This document shows positions 47,093 to 56,089 of a stretch of DNA of 64,000 nucleotides, piece after piece (positions within the stretch are counted from its first letter, which is position 1; each line of letters begins with the position of its first letter). The translations under genes and the position numbers were made by a program. Location of the stretch: assembly GCA_019637395.1 (NCBI GenBank), contig JAHBVR010000002.1, forward strand, positions 69,495 through 133,494, read 5' to 3'. Origin of the DNA: Vulcanimicrobiota bacterium. GTDB lineage: Bacteria > Vulcanimicrobiota > Xenobia > Xenobiales > JADMJV01. The notes beneath the pieces were generated by a model. It was not told the origin of the DNA, searched no databases, and saw only the letters and a list, made by a program, of their open reading frames with translations.

Positions 47093-47131
47093 GGTCCGGT
47101 ACCCGGGTACCGGACCTTTCGTATTGTTTCC
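47093..47131 (+). terminator. Rho-independent terminator (perfect 12-bp palindrome GGTCCGGTACCCGGGTACCGGACC plus T-rich tail)
   Basis: Perfect inverted repeat at 47093-47116 followed by TTTCGTATTGTTTCC; A-run upstream, so possibly bidirectional. Confidence 0.75.
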
Positions 47132-47259
47132 ACTGAGTAAATAACCGCGGCAACCCTATTCTTGGGTCATGGCTACACCTCAAGGTTTCTCAGCGGCAGG
47201 TATGATGTTCGGCGGTTTTTTCGCGCCCACTCCGGTAAAAAAACCAGCTTCCCCCGCGA

Positions 47260-48465
47260 TCAAGACCGCCTGATCGAGAGCATCCGACCCAGCAGCATCA
47301 AGCTCAGAAAGCTCCAACCGTAGATGCGGAAGGCCAGCAGCGGTCCGCCGTGGGCGATCATCCAGGGCGTGATGATGGTGCCCAGGAAGCAGGCGATGAG
47401 AACCGCCTGTTCCCAGGCTGCTTGCGCGCGTCCCATCAGATGGGACGGCACTTCCCGAGCCAGTTGTTGGGAAATCAGCACCATCAGACCGCCCACACCC
47501 AGTCCTCGCAGGGACCAGGCCAGCACCAGCTTGGTCAAACTGTCGCAATGCCCGAGACTCAGGTAGCTGCCACAGATCAAACCCAGGCAGATCCAGCGTA
47601 AACCCTCTCCCTGCGGAAGCCGCATGACCCAGCGCGTCCCCAGGGCCCCGGTGATGCCCATGGAGGCCTGCAACCAACCATTGTTGGCCGCCCGCACGTG
47701 CAGCACTTGCTCCAGGTAGGCCACCGCCGTGGACCAGGTGGCCATGCCGAAGAAGGAGATGAGCAGGTCGATCCACAGCAATCCTCTCAGTTCCGCTCTG
47801 GATACCAGCAGTTTCCAACCCTCGCGCCAGCCTGCCTCAGCCCTGGTCTCGGCCGAGGGGGTGACCTTCGGTCCGCTGACCCAGGCCGGCCAGATGAGCA
47901 GACTGGAAACCAGGTAGAGAACGGCGTCGGCGGCCACGCCGGCGCGGGCGTCACCGACCAGCAGAATCAATCCCATCAAAGCCGGAGAGATCAGGCGCAA
48001 TAGGAAAGTGCTGGTACCTTCCAGGGCCACCGCCTCCAGCAGGTCGTGGCCGGACAGCAGCCGCCGGAGGAAGGCCGCCCGAGCCGGGCTGAAGAGTGCG
48101 GCCGAACCACCCAGGGCCATGGAGAGCAGCAGATAAAACCAGGCTGGATAACCGTGAGCCAGAGTGTAAAGAAGCAGCAGCAGTAACCCGAAACGCGAGA
48201 AGTTGGCCGCCAGCATCAGCCGTTTTTGCTCCCAACGGTCAGCCAGGTAGCCGGCCAAAGGGCTTAGCAGTCCGTAGGCCAGGATATCGCCGGTGAAAGC
48301 CAATCCGGTCAGGCTGATGTCGTGGGTCACTTCCAGAATCAAGGTAGGAAAGGCGACCACCAACATGTTGTGGCCCAGTTGCGCCAGCGCGTCGGCCCAG
48401 AAAATCCGGGCGAAGGCGGGATAGCGCCTGAGAAGTTGAAAAGAATTCGAGAAACTTGCGGACAC
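47260..48465 (-). CDS. MFS transporter
   Basis: Twelve predicted TM helices and a loop 2-3 motif (GYLADRWEQKRLM). Confidence 0.75.
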   Translation of the reverse strand: MSASFSNSFQLLRRYPAFARIFWADALAQLGHNMLVVAFPTLILEVTHDISLTGLAFTGDILAYGLLSPLAGYLADRWEQKRLMLAANFSRFGLLLLLLYTLAHGYPAWFYLLLSMALGGSAALFSPARAAFLRRLLSGHDLLEAVALEGTSTFLLRLISPALMGLILLVGDARAGVAADAVLYLVSSLLIWPAWVSGPKVTPSAETRAEAGWREGWKLLVSRAELRGLLWIDLLISFFGMATWSTAVAYLEQVLHVRAANNGWLQASMGITGALGTRWVMRLPQGEGLRWICLGLICGSYLSLGHCDSLTKLVLAWSLRGLGVGGLMVLISQQLAREVPSHLMGRAQAAWEQAVLIACFLGTIITPWMIAHGGPLLAFRIYGWSFLSLMLLGRMLSIRRS

Positions 48466-48743
48466 GAGAACCTCCGGGAAAAAGGGCGAGCGAGGGGGCG
48501 GCTGGGGGCGTTACTGCCGGTCGAACGACGGTCGCGAAGTCGGCGAGCCACCCAGGGAGAAGTCTACTACAAGTGCAGTCATCATTTGATACTTATGCAT
48601 TGGGAACTCCTCCATCCGTGTCAGGTGCCTCCGATGCTACGGGTTTCGCGAATTTTCGTCAACCCCTGAAAATATAGTATCCATGTCCATAGCCTGATAG
48701 TATCTTTGTATTAGAATAATCTGACTGCGGAGAGGAGTGAGCT

Positions 48744-50048
48744 TTGCCTCCACAACTAAATAATCGGACCCGTGTTCGACTTTTATTGGTCGAGGACGAC
48801 CCGGATCATGCCTGGCTATTGACCGACCAGCTGCGCATGGGCGGATTTGATTTGAAGACCTTGCGTGTGGAAACGGCCGAGGCTATGCGAGTCGCTCTGC
48901 GCGATCCCTGGGATGCCATCATTGCGGACAATCGCCTTCCCAATTTTTCCGGGATGGACGCGCTGGCCATCTACCGGGAAACGGGGTTGGATATTCCTTT
49001 CATGGTCGTCTCCGGCACGGTGGGAGAAGAGCGGGCCGCCGAGTTTATGAAGGCCGGGGCCCACGATTTCATCCTCAAGGAAAATACCGGCCGCTTGATT
49101 CCGGCCCTGCAGCGCGAATTGCGCCAGGCCGCCCATCGACGCCGCGAGCGTCTGAGCCAGGCTCGCTATCAGCAAATTGTGGAGACATCCAGCGAGGGCA
49201 TCTATACGGTGGACGAAAGCTCGCGTATCACCTTTGCTAACCAGAGACTTTCGGAAATGTTGGGTCGGTCTAATTTCGAGCTGCTGGGTCGTTCCATTTT
49301 TCGCTTTGTCCGCCCGCAGGACCGCCGTCTGGCGGCTATGACCTGGCGTTCTCCCAGTCCCGTCGACCTTTGCTTGCAGCGGCGCGATGGCAGCGATTGC
49401 TGGGTGATGGCCACGGTCACTCCACTGCTGGACGAAAAGGGCCAGCGCGCCGGCGTGCTGGGTATGGTGCGCGATATTTCCAAACGGAAGTTACTAGAAA
49501 GCCAGTTGCTGGCTGCCGAGATCGAGAAGAAGACCTTTTGCTGCCATCTACTCAACACGGTCACGCGCGGTAAATTCCATCTGGTGGACGAACTGGACAT
49601 GCCGCGTCGCGGTCAGTTGCTTCTGGAACTGGACCTGTCCCATCGGGATGCCTTTCGCGAGTTGCGCCAGGCCGTCTACCAGATGGCCAGCGCCGAAGGC
49701 ATGGAGGAAGAGCGGGCCAGCGATCTGGTGGTGGCCGTTGGGGAAGCGGCCGGTAACGCCATCAAGCACGGAGAATTGGGCCTGGCGCGCGTGCGCAAGG
49801 ACGACCACCGCCTGCAAATCGAAGTCACGGACCGAGGGCCCGGCATCCGCGCCGAGGACCTGCCGGCTTCCATCCTGCAAACCGGATTTTCGACCAAAGT
49901 TTCGCTGGGAATGGGGTATTCGCTCATGCTGGAACTGGTCGACCAGATCTGGCTGGCTTCTCAACCCGGCGGCACCACTTTGCAACTGGAGAAAGGCATT
50001 CTCTCGCCACCGGATCCGCTGCTGGCCTTGTTGGACCGTTACGACTAA
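48744..50048 (+). CDS. Response regulator with REC-PAS and an RsbW/SpoIIAB-like serine-kinase ATPase (HATPase_c_2) output
   Basis: REC (LLVEDDPD...IIADNRLPNFSGMDA...ILK), PAS (YQQIVETSSEGIYTVD...), and a C-terminal GEAAGNAIKHG...VTDRGPGI...GMGYSLMLEL domain. Confidence 0.7.
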   Translation: MPPQLNNRTRVRLLLVEDDPDHAWLLTDQLRMGGFDLKTLRVETAEAMRVALRDPWDAIIADNRLPNFSGMDALAIYRETGLDIPFMVVSGTVGEERAAEFMKAGAHDFILKENTGRLIPALQRELRQAAHRRRERLSQARYQQIVETSSEGIYTVDESSRITFANQRLSEMLGRSNFELLGRSIFRFVRPQDRRLAAMTWRSPSPVDLCLQRRDGSDCWVMATVTPLLDEKGQRAGVLGMVRDISKRKLLESQLLAAEIEKKTFCCHLLNTVTRGKFHLVDELDMPRRGQLLLELDLSHRDAFRELRQAVYQMASAEGMEEERASDLVVAVGEAAGNAIKHGELGLARVRKDDHRLQIEVTDRGPGIRAEDLPASILQTGFSTKVSLGMGYSLMLELVDQIWLASQPGGTTLQLEKGILSPPDPLLALLDRYD

Positions 50049-51265
50049 ACGAGTTCCACCCGGATTGTATTGATGATGAATTGCAGCATTTCGTCCACCA
50101 CTTTGGTCTCGGGGTGGCGGACGATGAGGAAGCCTTCGCCCTCGTAAGTGATGGCGGCGGGTTGCCCGGGCTGAGGGATACGGTAGTCGGTAATGTATTC
50201 GCCGATTTCGGAAAACACCTGATCCAGACCCACCACGCCCTTGACCCGGCCGCCGCCCAGACCGCGCAGAAAGGCGTTGCCGACCGCATACTTACGCTCT
50301 TTGGGAGGGTCGAATTGGCCGAAGACCATGAGACGGGCCCAGGCGCCTTCGGAGTGGAAGTCGTGAGCCCGGTCCATCATGGTGGTAATCTGAGCCCCCG
50401 GAGGGCGGGCTCCCACTTCACCAATGGCGATGCGGCCGTCGCTGCGGCGGAACCACTCCATGTGGCTGAGGCCGGTGCCCATCCCCAGAGCTTTCAGGGC
50501 TTTGGGGCCAAATTCGCGAATCTCATCGTAGTTTTGATCGTCTACTTCGCGAGGCAGCACGATGCGCCACTGAATCCAGGGATTGCGCATCACGTCCAGA
50601 GGAGTGGGCTGATAGCGCGTCCACGAATGCCAAACGGAAGCACCGCCCAGAGATACGGTTTCAAACGAGTGTTCCTGGCCAACCAGGAATTCTTCCAACT
50701 GCAGGGGAGCATATTCGCTGGCCGGGCGAGACTGCAGCAGTTCACGCAGTCCCCGGGAGCTCTCGACTCGATAGGTCGACTGGGCGGCCGCCCCGTCGAC
50801 CGGCTTGACGCAAATGGGAAAGCCCACTTCCTGCACAAAATTCCAGGCCTCGTCGGCGGATATGGCCCGGCAGTGGCGGGCGCAGGGAATGCCGTGCTCG
50901 CGGAAGAGGTCTTTCATGCGCCCCTTGTCTCGGAAGTTCAGGACGGTCTGAGCGCTCATACCGGGCACGCCCAACTGGTCGCGAACCTGGGCCAGGGGCA
51001 ACTGAATTTGTTCGTTGGCGGCGATCAAGCGCTCGATCGGTCCGTGGCGTCGGGCCAGCTCCTTGGCGGCCCAGGTCAGTTGGTCCAGGTTCAGAGCGTC
51101 ATGGACGCGCCAGTGCCCGGCGAAACGCCGGCGCAATTCGCTGGGTAACACCTCCTGCGGTTCCTGGCTGATGACGCCCAGGCGGATCCCGGGCAGGTGG
51201 GCAAAAGCCTCCACCAATCCCATGGTGTTTTGGGTAAAGAAGGGGGTGGCGTAAACGACAAACAT
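50045..51265 (-). CDS. ATP-grasp domain protein of unknown substrate
   Basis: ATP-grasp core (GFPICVKPVDGAAAQSTYRV..., EEFLVGQEHSFETV). The longer ORF-track start at 51334 (GTG) is also possible. Confidence 0.65.
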   Translation of the reverse strand: MFVVYATPFFTQNTMGLVEAFAHLPGIRLGVISQEPQEVLPSELRRRFAGHWRVHDALNLDQLTWAAKELARRHGPIERLIAANEQIQLPLAQVRDQLGVPGMSAQTVLNFRDKGRMKDLFREHGIPCARHCRAISADEAWNFVQEVGFPICVKPVDGAAAQSTYRVESSRGLRELLQSRPASEYAPLQLEEFLVGQEHSFETVSLGGASVWHSWTRYQPTPLDVMRNPWIQWRIVLPREVDDQNYDEIREFGPKALKALGMGTGLSHMEWFRRSDGRIAIGEVGARPPGAQITTMMDRAHDFHSEGAWARLMVFGQFDPPKERKYAVGNAFLRGLGGGRVKGVVGLDQVFSEIGEYITDYRIPQPGQPAAITYEGEGFLIVRHPETKVVDEMLQFIINTIRVELV

Positions 51266-51302
51266 GGCCTGTGCGCTTCCCGCAGAGCCCAAATTGTCCT
51301 CG

Positions 51303-51902
51303 TCAGCCAGGCAGCCAGGCGGCGACCTGATCACGGATCTGGACGAAGGGTTCGGGGTCGGATTTACGCACCGAGAGGTCGTGGGTTCCGCCCTGGATCC
51401 AGTGGATTTTTACCAAGGAGGGTAAAGAATACCCGGAGACCTCGTCGGGTGTGCCAAAAGGGTCGCGGGTGCCCTGGAGGATGAGCACCGGAGTGGTGAG
51501 GTTTTCAAAGGGAGCCAGGCGCACGTTCTCGGGTTTTCCGGGGGGATGAAAGGGATAGCCCAGGGCGATGGCGCCGACGGCGCCCAGGCGGCTGGCCAGG
51601 CTGACGCTGACTCGGGAGCCCAGCGACTTGCCGCCCAGATAGCGGGGACCGTCCACCGGCCAGTTTTCCCAAATCTGGGCGAGTTCTTCCTGAAGTTTTT
51701 CGAACCGGCTGGGAGGCGGCCTCTTGCTGCTCTGGCGGCGGGCCGCCATGTAGGCGAATTCATAACGAAAGACACGTAATCCGGCCTGGTTCAGAGCCCC
51801 GGCGGCCTTGTCCATAAAGGGGGTATCCATCGGCGCTCCCGAGCCGTGAGCCAGTAAAATACTTCCCAGGGCCTTGACGTTGGGTTCAGAAACGAGGAAC
51901 AT
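51303..51902 (-). CDS. Alpha/beta hydrolase (COG3571-like predicted hydrolase)
   Basis: LLAHGSGAPMD, nucleophile GGKSLGSRV, LILQGTRDPFG and GGTHDL motifs. Confidence 0.6.
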   Translation of the reverse strand: MFLVSEPNVKALGSILLAHGSGAPMDTPFMDKAAGALNQAGLRVFRYEFAYMAARRQSSKRPPPSRFEKLQEELAQIWENWPVDGPRYLGGKSLGSRVSVSLASRLGAVGAIALGYPFHPPGKPENVRLAPFENLTTPVLILQGTRDPFGTPDEVSGYSLPSLVKIHWIQGGTHDLSVRKSDPEPFVQIRDQVAAWLPG

Positions 51903-52082
51903 GGTCGGGTTTTCGCGCAACCTGTCGCGGCCCCTCGGAAACCGAGTTCTGGACGCGCAGCGGACAGGCCGCCGAATCAGGGTGTGCCAAAAAGACGCAC
52001 GGAACTGGATAGGGAGTGGAGCCGGCTTGCCGGCGACCGAACGCAGGATTGGCGGCCTTTTTGGCCAGAACGGAATCAAAGC

Positions 52083-53222
52083 ATGCTTAAGAAGTTATTT
52101 GGCAAAAAAGGCTCAACCGAAGCGGAGGTGCCCGCGGTTCCCTCGGCCGAGGAGCAGACCGCCGTTCCCGACGCGCCGAGTGAAGAAGCGCCCGAGGGCG
52201 AGGAGCCGAAACTGAAAAAGGGCTTCCTGCGCGGCGCCTGGGAAGCCACCAAAAAGCTGGCTTTGACTCCGGTGGATCCGTGGTTTGAGGCGGTTGCCAA
52301 GGGCCTTGACAAGACCCGCGCGGGCCTGGTCAATAAAGTTGCTTCGCTCTTCAAGATGCACGGCAAAGTCGACGAAGCCCTCTGGGAAGAGCTGGAAGAC
52401 ATCCTTATCACCTCCGACGTGGGCACGGCCGCCACCGAAAAGATCATCGACCAGCTACGCGAGATCGTCAAAGAGAAGAAGTTGACCACGGCCGAGCCGC
52501 TGCTGGAAGAGATGCGCACGATCTTGGGGGCCGTGCTCAACTACGACGGCGCCGACGTGCCCGAAGAACCCGTCGACCCGCTCAACGTCGAGCCGGGACG
52601 TCTGAACGTGATTCTCATGGTGGGCGTCAACGGCACCGGCAAGACGACCTCGACGGCCAAACTGACGCATCGTCTCAAGAGCAAAGGGCACAAGGTGATC
52701 CTGGCGGCCGCCGATACTTTCCGCGCCGCCGCCATCGATCAGTTGCTGGTTTGGGGCACGCGTCTGGGAGTGGACGTCATTCACCAGAACGAGGGTTCGG
52801 ACCCGGCCGCGGTCGTTTTTGACGCCGTTAACGCGGCTAAAGCGCGTAAAGCCGACGTGTTGATCGTGGATACGGCCGGTCGCCTTCATTCCAAGGTCAA
52901 TCTGATGGAAGAGCTGCGCAAAATCCGCCGGGTGCTCACAAGGGAAATCCCCGACGCGCCGCACGAGACTCTGTTGGTGCTGGACGCCACCACCGGCCAG
53001 AACGCTGTCAATCAGGCCCGCACTTTTAACGAGGTGGCCAATCTGACCGGCCTGGTCCTGGCCAAGCTGGACGGTACCGCCAAGGGCGGCATCGTGGTGG
53101 CCATTTCGCAAGAATTCCAGATCCCCGTGAAGTACATCGGCCTGGGCGAGAAGATCGAGGACCTCCAGGTCTTCCACCCCAAGCCGTTCTTGTCCGCACT
53201 TTTTGGAGAGACCGATGGATGA
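52083..53222 (+). CDS. ftsY: Signal recognition particle receptor FtsY
   Basis: Acidic N-terminal domain; NG domain with GVNGTGKTTSTAKL, DTAGR and TKLDGTAKGG. Confidence 0.9.
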   Translation: MLKKLFGKKGSTEAEVPAVPSAEEQTAVPDAPSEEAPEGEEPKLKKGFLRGAWEATKKLALTPVDPWFEAVAKGLDKTRAGLVNKVASLFKMHGKVDEALWEELEDILITSDVGTAATEKIIDQLREIVKEKKLTTAEPLLEEMRTILGAVLNYDGADVPEEPVDPLNVEPGRLNVILMVGVNGTGKTTSTAKLTHRLKSKGHKVILAAADTFRAAAIDQLLVWGTRLGVDVIHQNEGSDPAAVVFDAVNAAKARKADVLIVDTAGRLHSKVNLMEELRKIRRVLTREIPDAPHETLLVLDATTGQNAVNQARTFNEVANLTGLVLAKLDGTAKGGIVVAISQEFQIPVKYIGLGEKIEDLQVFHPKPFLSALFGETDG

Positions 53223-55773
53223 ACATTCGCTACGAATTCTCGAGCTGGTGCCTGTGCTCGGCCTGGTGGCCGGGCTCACCCACGGCCCACTGGCTCGAGA
53301 GATCGTGGAGCAGCTTCGACCGGCCGACTCGCTGGAGGAGCTGAAGAATCGCCAGGCCGAGGTAGGGGAGGCCCTGCTGCTGCTGGACCTGGGGTTCGTC
53401 CCACCGCTGGTGGGATTGGAAGACAAACGCGGGGATATTCAACTGGCCGGCCGTGGCGGTATTCTGGATCCGCAGCGTTTGCTGGCCGTTCGCGAGATCG
53501 CGGTGGCCTCGCGCAAACTGGGTCGCTACTTGGAAGAACGTTCGCAGCGTGCCCCGCGCCTGGCCGACCGGGCCCGCTGGATGCCGAATTTTCCTCGTCT
53601 GGAGAGCGAGATCTCACGCTGCCTCAGTCCCGATGGGCGGGTGCTTGACGCCGCCAGCACCACCCTGCGCAACATTCGCGCCGACATTCGCTCGCTGGAT
53701 GCTTCCCTGCAGCGCAACCTGAACGCTCTGCTGCGCGACCCCGACATCTTGAAAATGGTGCAGGAACCGATCGTGACCCAGCGCCAGGGGCGTCAGGTCA
53801 TCCCGGTCAAATCCGAACACAAGGGACGCTTCCCCGGACTGGTCATCGACCAATCCGGTTCGGGCGCCACCGTCTTCATGGAGCCGCTCTCGGTATTGCC
53901 CCTGAGCAATCAGCTGCGCTCGCTGATCAGCGCCGAAGAGCATGAAGTCGAAGCGGTGCTGCGCTCATTGAGCGGTTGGGTGGCTCAGGAAGAAACCCCG
54001 CTGGTGGCCGCCTGCGAGGAAGTGGCTATTGTCGACGCCACTTTTGCCCAGGCCAGTTACGCTAAGAAGGTGGACGGCAGCCTGCCGGCTATCCAGGAAG
54101 GCGGTTTTTTGCGATTGGTCAGCGCCCGCCATCCGCTTTTGCTGGCCAAGGGAATCCAGGCCGTACCCATTTCGCTCGAGATGGGCAAGGAGTTTACCAC
54201 CGTGGTGGTCACCGGCCCGAATACCGGCGGTAAGACGGTCGCTCTGAAGACGGTGGGCATGCTGGCCGCCATGGCTATGAGCGGCCTGCCCATTCCGGCC
54301 GAACCCGATAGCCAGCTGCCCTTTCTGACGGAAATCTGGGCCGACATTGGCGACGAGCAGAGCATTTCTCAGTCGCTTTCGACCTTCTCTGCGCACCTGA
54401 CCCAAATTCTGCGCATCTTGCCCAAAGCCGGTCACGGTTCTCTGGTGCTCTTGGACGAGTTGGGAGCCGGTACCGATCCCTCCGAAGGAGCCGCACTGGG
54501 CGTTTCCTTGCTGGAACATCTGAACGCAGCCGGGGCGCTGACCATGGTCACCACCCATCTTTCCGACCTCAAGATTTACGCCAGCAAGACGGCCGGGTTC
54601 GAGAATGCGGCCGTCGAGTTTGATGCGGCCACGCTGTCGCCGACTTATCGGGTTACGGTGGGCGTGCCGGGGCGGTCCAATGCCTTGTTGATCGCGGCCG
54701 GACTGGGTCTGCCCGACCCCTTGGTGCGCCGGGCCCGCGAGATTTTGGGCAAAGAGCACGTGGGCGTGGAAGTTCTGCTTGACGACCTGGAGAACGAGCG
54801 CCAATCGCTGCGCCAGCGGGAAGCCCGCCTGTCCCAGGGCCTGGCTCAGATGGAGCTGGATCGCCGGCTGCTGCAGGAGCAGTTGGACGATCTCAAGCGC
54901 GAACGCCAAACCCGGCTGGATGAGGCGGCCACCCAGGCCGAAGACGTATTGCGCCAGGCGCGTGAGAAATCTCACGGTTTGCTGCGTGATTTCCGCCAGC
55001 GCATCGCCGACCTGGGCCGGCAGAAAGAGCAAGCCCTGGCCGAAGCCCAGCGCTACCTGGCCGACCTGCGCGATCACGGGGAAGAAGCCGAGCCACCGCG
55101 TCCTTTTGAAGAATTGAGCGAGGCCGAACTGGAACGTCTGACCCGCCCCGAACCGGAGGAAGACGAGGAAGAGATCCGCGAAGCCGTCAGCGAAGCTCCG
55201 CAAGCTCCGGAAAGAACCGATGAGATCGACTCTCAGGCGCGAGTGGTGGCGCGCACTATGGAAGCCAGCCTGAACGAGATGGCCCACCAGCTTCACGAAA
55301 TGCGCTCCGAGCCCGCCCCGGCAGCTCCTCTGCCCGAGCTGGAGGTGGGCCAGCGCGTCTACTCGCGCCGCTACGGTCAGGAGGGCGAGGTTCTGCAGAT
55401 TCGCGGCCACAAAGCTGAGGTCAAGCTGGGCATGGTGCGCCTCAGTCTGGGCCTGGAGGACCTGGAGCCTCTGGCCGGCCCGGCTACCGGTGGGCAGATT
55501 CACCTGCCTGACGCGCCTCCGGGAGCGCTCTCTTCACGCGTGGATTTGCGCGGCCTGACGGTGGATGAGGCTCTTTTTGAGTTGGGCAAGGCGCTGGATC
55601 AGGCGGCTCTGGCCAGGAGCGAAAAAGTCGAAGTCATCCACGGCAAGGGGACCGGCGCGCTGCGCAAGGGGGTCAGCAAATTCCTCAACAACCATCCGCT
55701 GGTCCAGGAGCAGAATCTGGGCGAGGTTTATGAGGGAGGATGGGGTGTCACGGTGGTGAAGCTCAAGCGATGA
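53215..55773 (+). CDS. mutS2: Endonuclease MutS2 (MutS domains plus C-terminal Smr)
   Basis: Walker A GPNTGGKTVALKT, LLDELGAGTDPSEG, and a C-terminal Smr domain (VDLRGLTVDEAL...IHGKGTGALR). Start overlaps the ftsY stop. Confidence 0.85.
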   Translation: MDEHSLRILELVPVLGLVAGLTHGPLAREIVEQLRPADSLEELKNRQAEVGEALLLLDLGFVPPLVGLEDKRGDIQLAGRGGILDPQRLLAVREIAVASRKLGRYLEERSQRAPRLADRARWMPNFPRLESEISRCLSPDGRVLDAASTTLRNIRADIRSLDASLQRNLNALLRDPDILKMVQEPIVTQRQGRQVIPVKSEHKGRFPGLVIDQSGSGATVFMEPLSVLPLSNQLRSLISAEEHEVEAVLRSLSGWVAQEETPLVAACEEVAIVDATFAQASYAKKVDGSLPAIQEGGFLRLVSARHPLLLAKGIQAVPISLEMGKEFTTVVVTGPNTGGKTVALKTVGMLAAMAMSGLPIPAEPDSQLPFLTEIWADIGDEQSISQSLSTFSAHLTQILRILPKAGHGSLVLLDELGAGTDPSEGAALGVSLLEHLNAAGALTMVTTHLSDLKIYASKTAGFENAAVEFDAATLSPTYRVTVGVPGRSNALLIAAGLGLPDPLVRRAREILGKEHVGVEVLLDDLENERQSLRQREARLSQGLAQMELDRRLLQEQLDDLKRERQTRLDEAATQAEDVLRQAREKSHGLLRDFRQRIADLGRQKEQALAEAQRYLADLRDHGEEAEPPRPFEELSEAELERLTRPEPEEDEEEIREAVSEAPQAPERTDEIDSQARVVARTMEASLNEMAHQLHEMRSEPAPAAPLPELEVGQRVYSRRYGQEGEVLQIRGHKAEVKLGMVRLSLGLEDLEPLAGPATGGQIHLPDAPPGALSSRVDLRGLTVDEALFELGKALDQAALARSEKVEVIHGKGTGALRKGVSKFLNNHPLVQEQNLGEVYEGGWGVTVVKLKR

Positions 55774-56081
55774 CAGGCACTCAGCCCGGCTACATCATCT
55801 CCGTCTTCCAATTGGCCGGCATGTGCACGGGCGCTTTTGACTCCAAAGAAGTAGCCGCCCGCCTGCAGACGCAACTACGCAATTTGGGCCTGGAGCTGAC
55901 CTCCTGGGAACCCGTCAGCCAGTCCGGATGTTTTGCCGTGCTGGTCTGGGCTGAGGCCCGGGCGGGTGGCCGGGTGGATCTGCTGGAAGCGCGACGTCAA
56001 CTCACCGCGCAGTTGGCTCCGCAGCAATTGCAAGTGCGCATCCAGCGCGAAGACGTCTTCCTGGCAATGCACCGGCTTTAA
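55770..56081 (+). CDS. Hypothetical small protein (103 aa)
   Basis: ATGA overlap with the mutS2 stop. No motif. Confidence 0.35.
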   Translation: MTGTQPGYIISVFQLAGMCTGAFDSKEVAARLQTQLRNLGLELTSWEPVSQSGCFAVLVWAEARAGGRVDLLEARRQLTAQLAPQQLQVRIQREDVFLAMHRL

Positions 56082-56089
56082 GGAGACAG

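Noticed and set aside
47190-47260. Terminator for the MFS gene (GGTTTTTT...AAAAAACC inverted repeat)
   Set aside because: The stem would be almost entirely A/T with a 17-nt loop. It is not a convincing intrinsic terminator, so it is not called.
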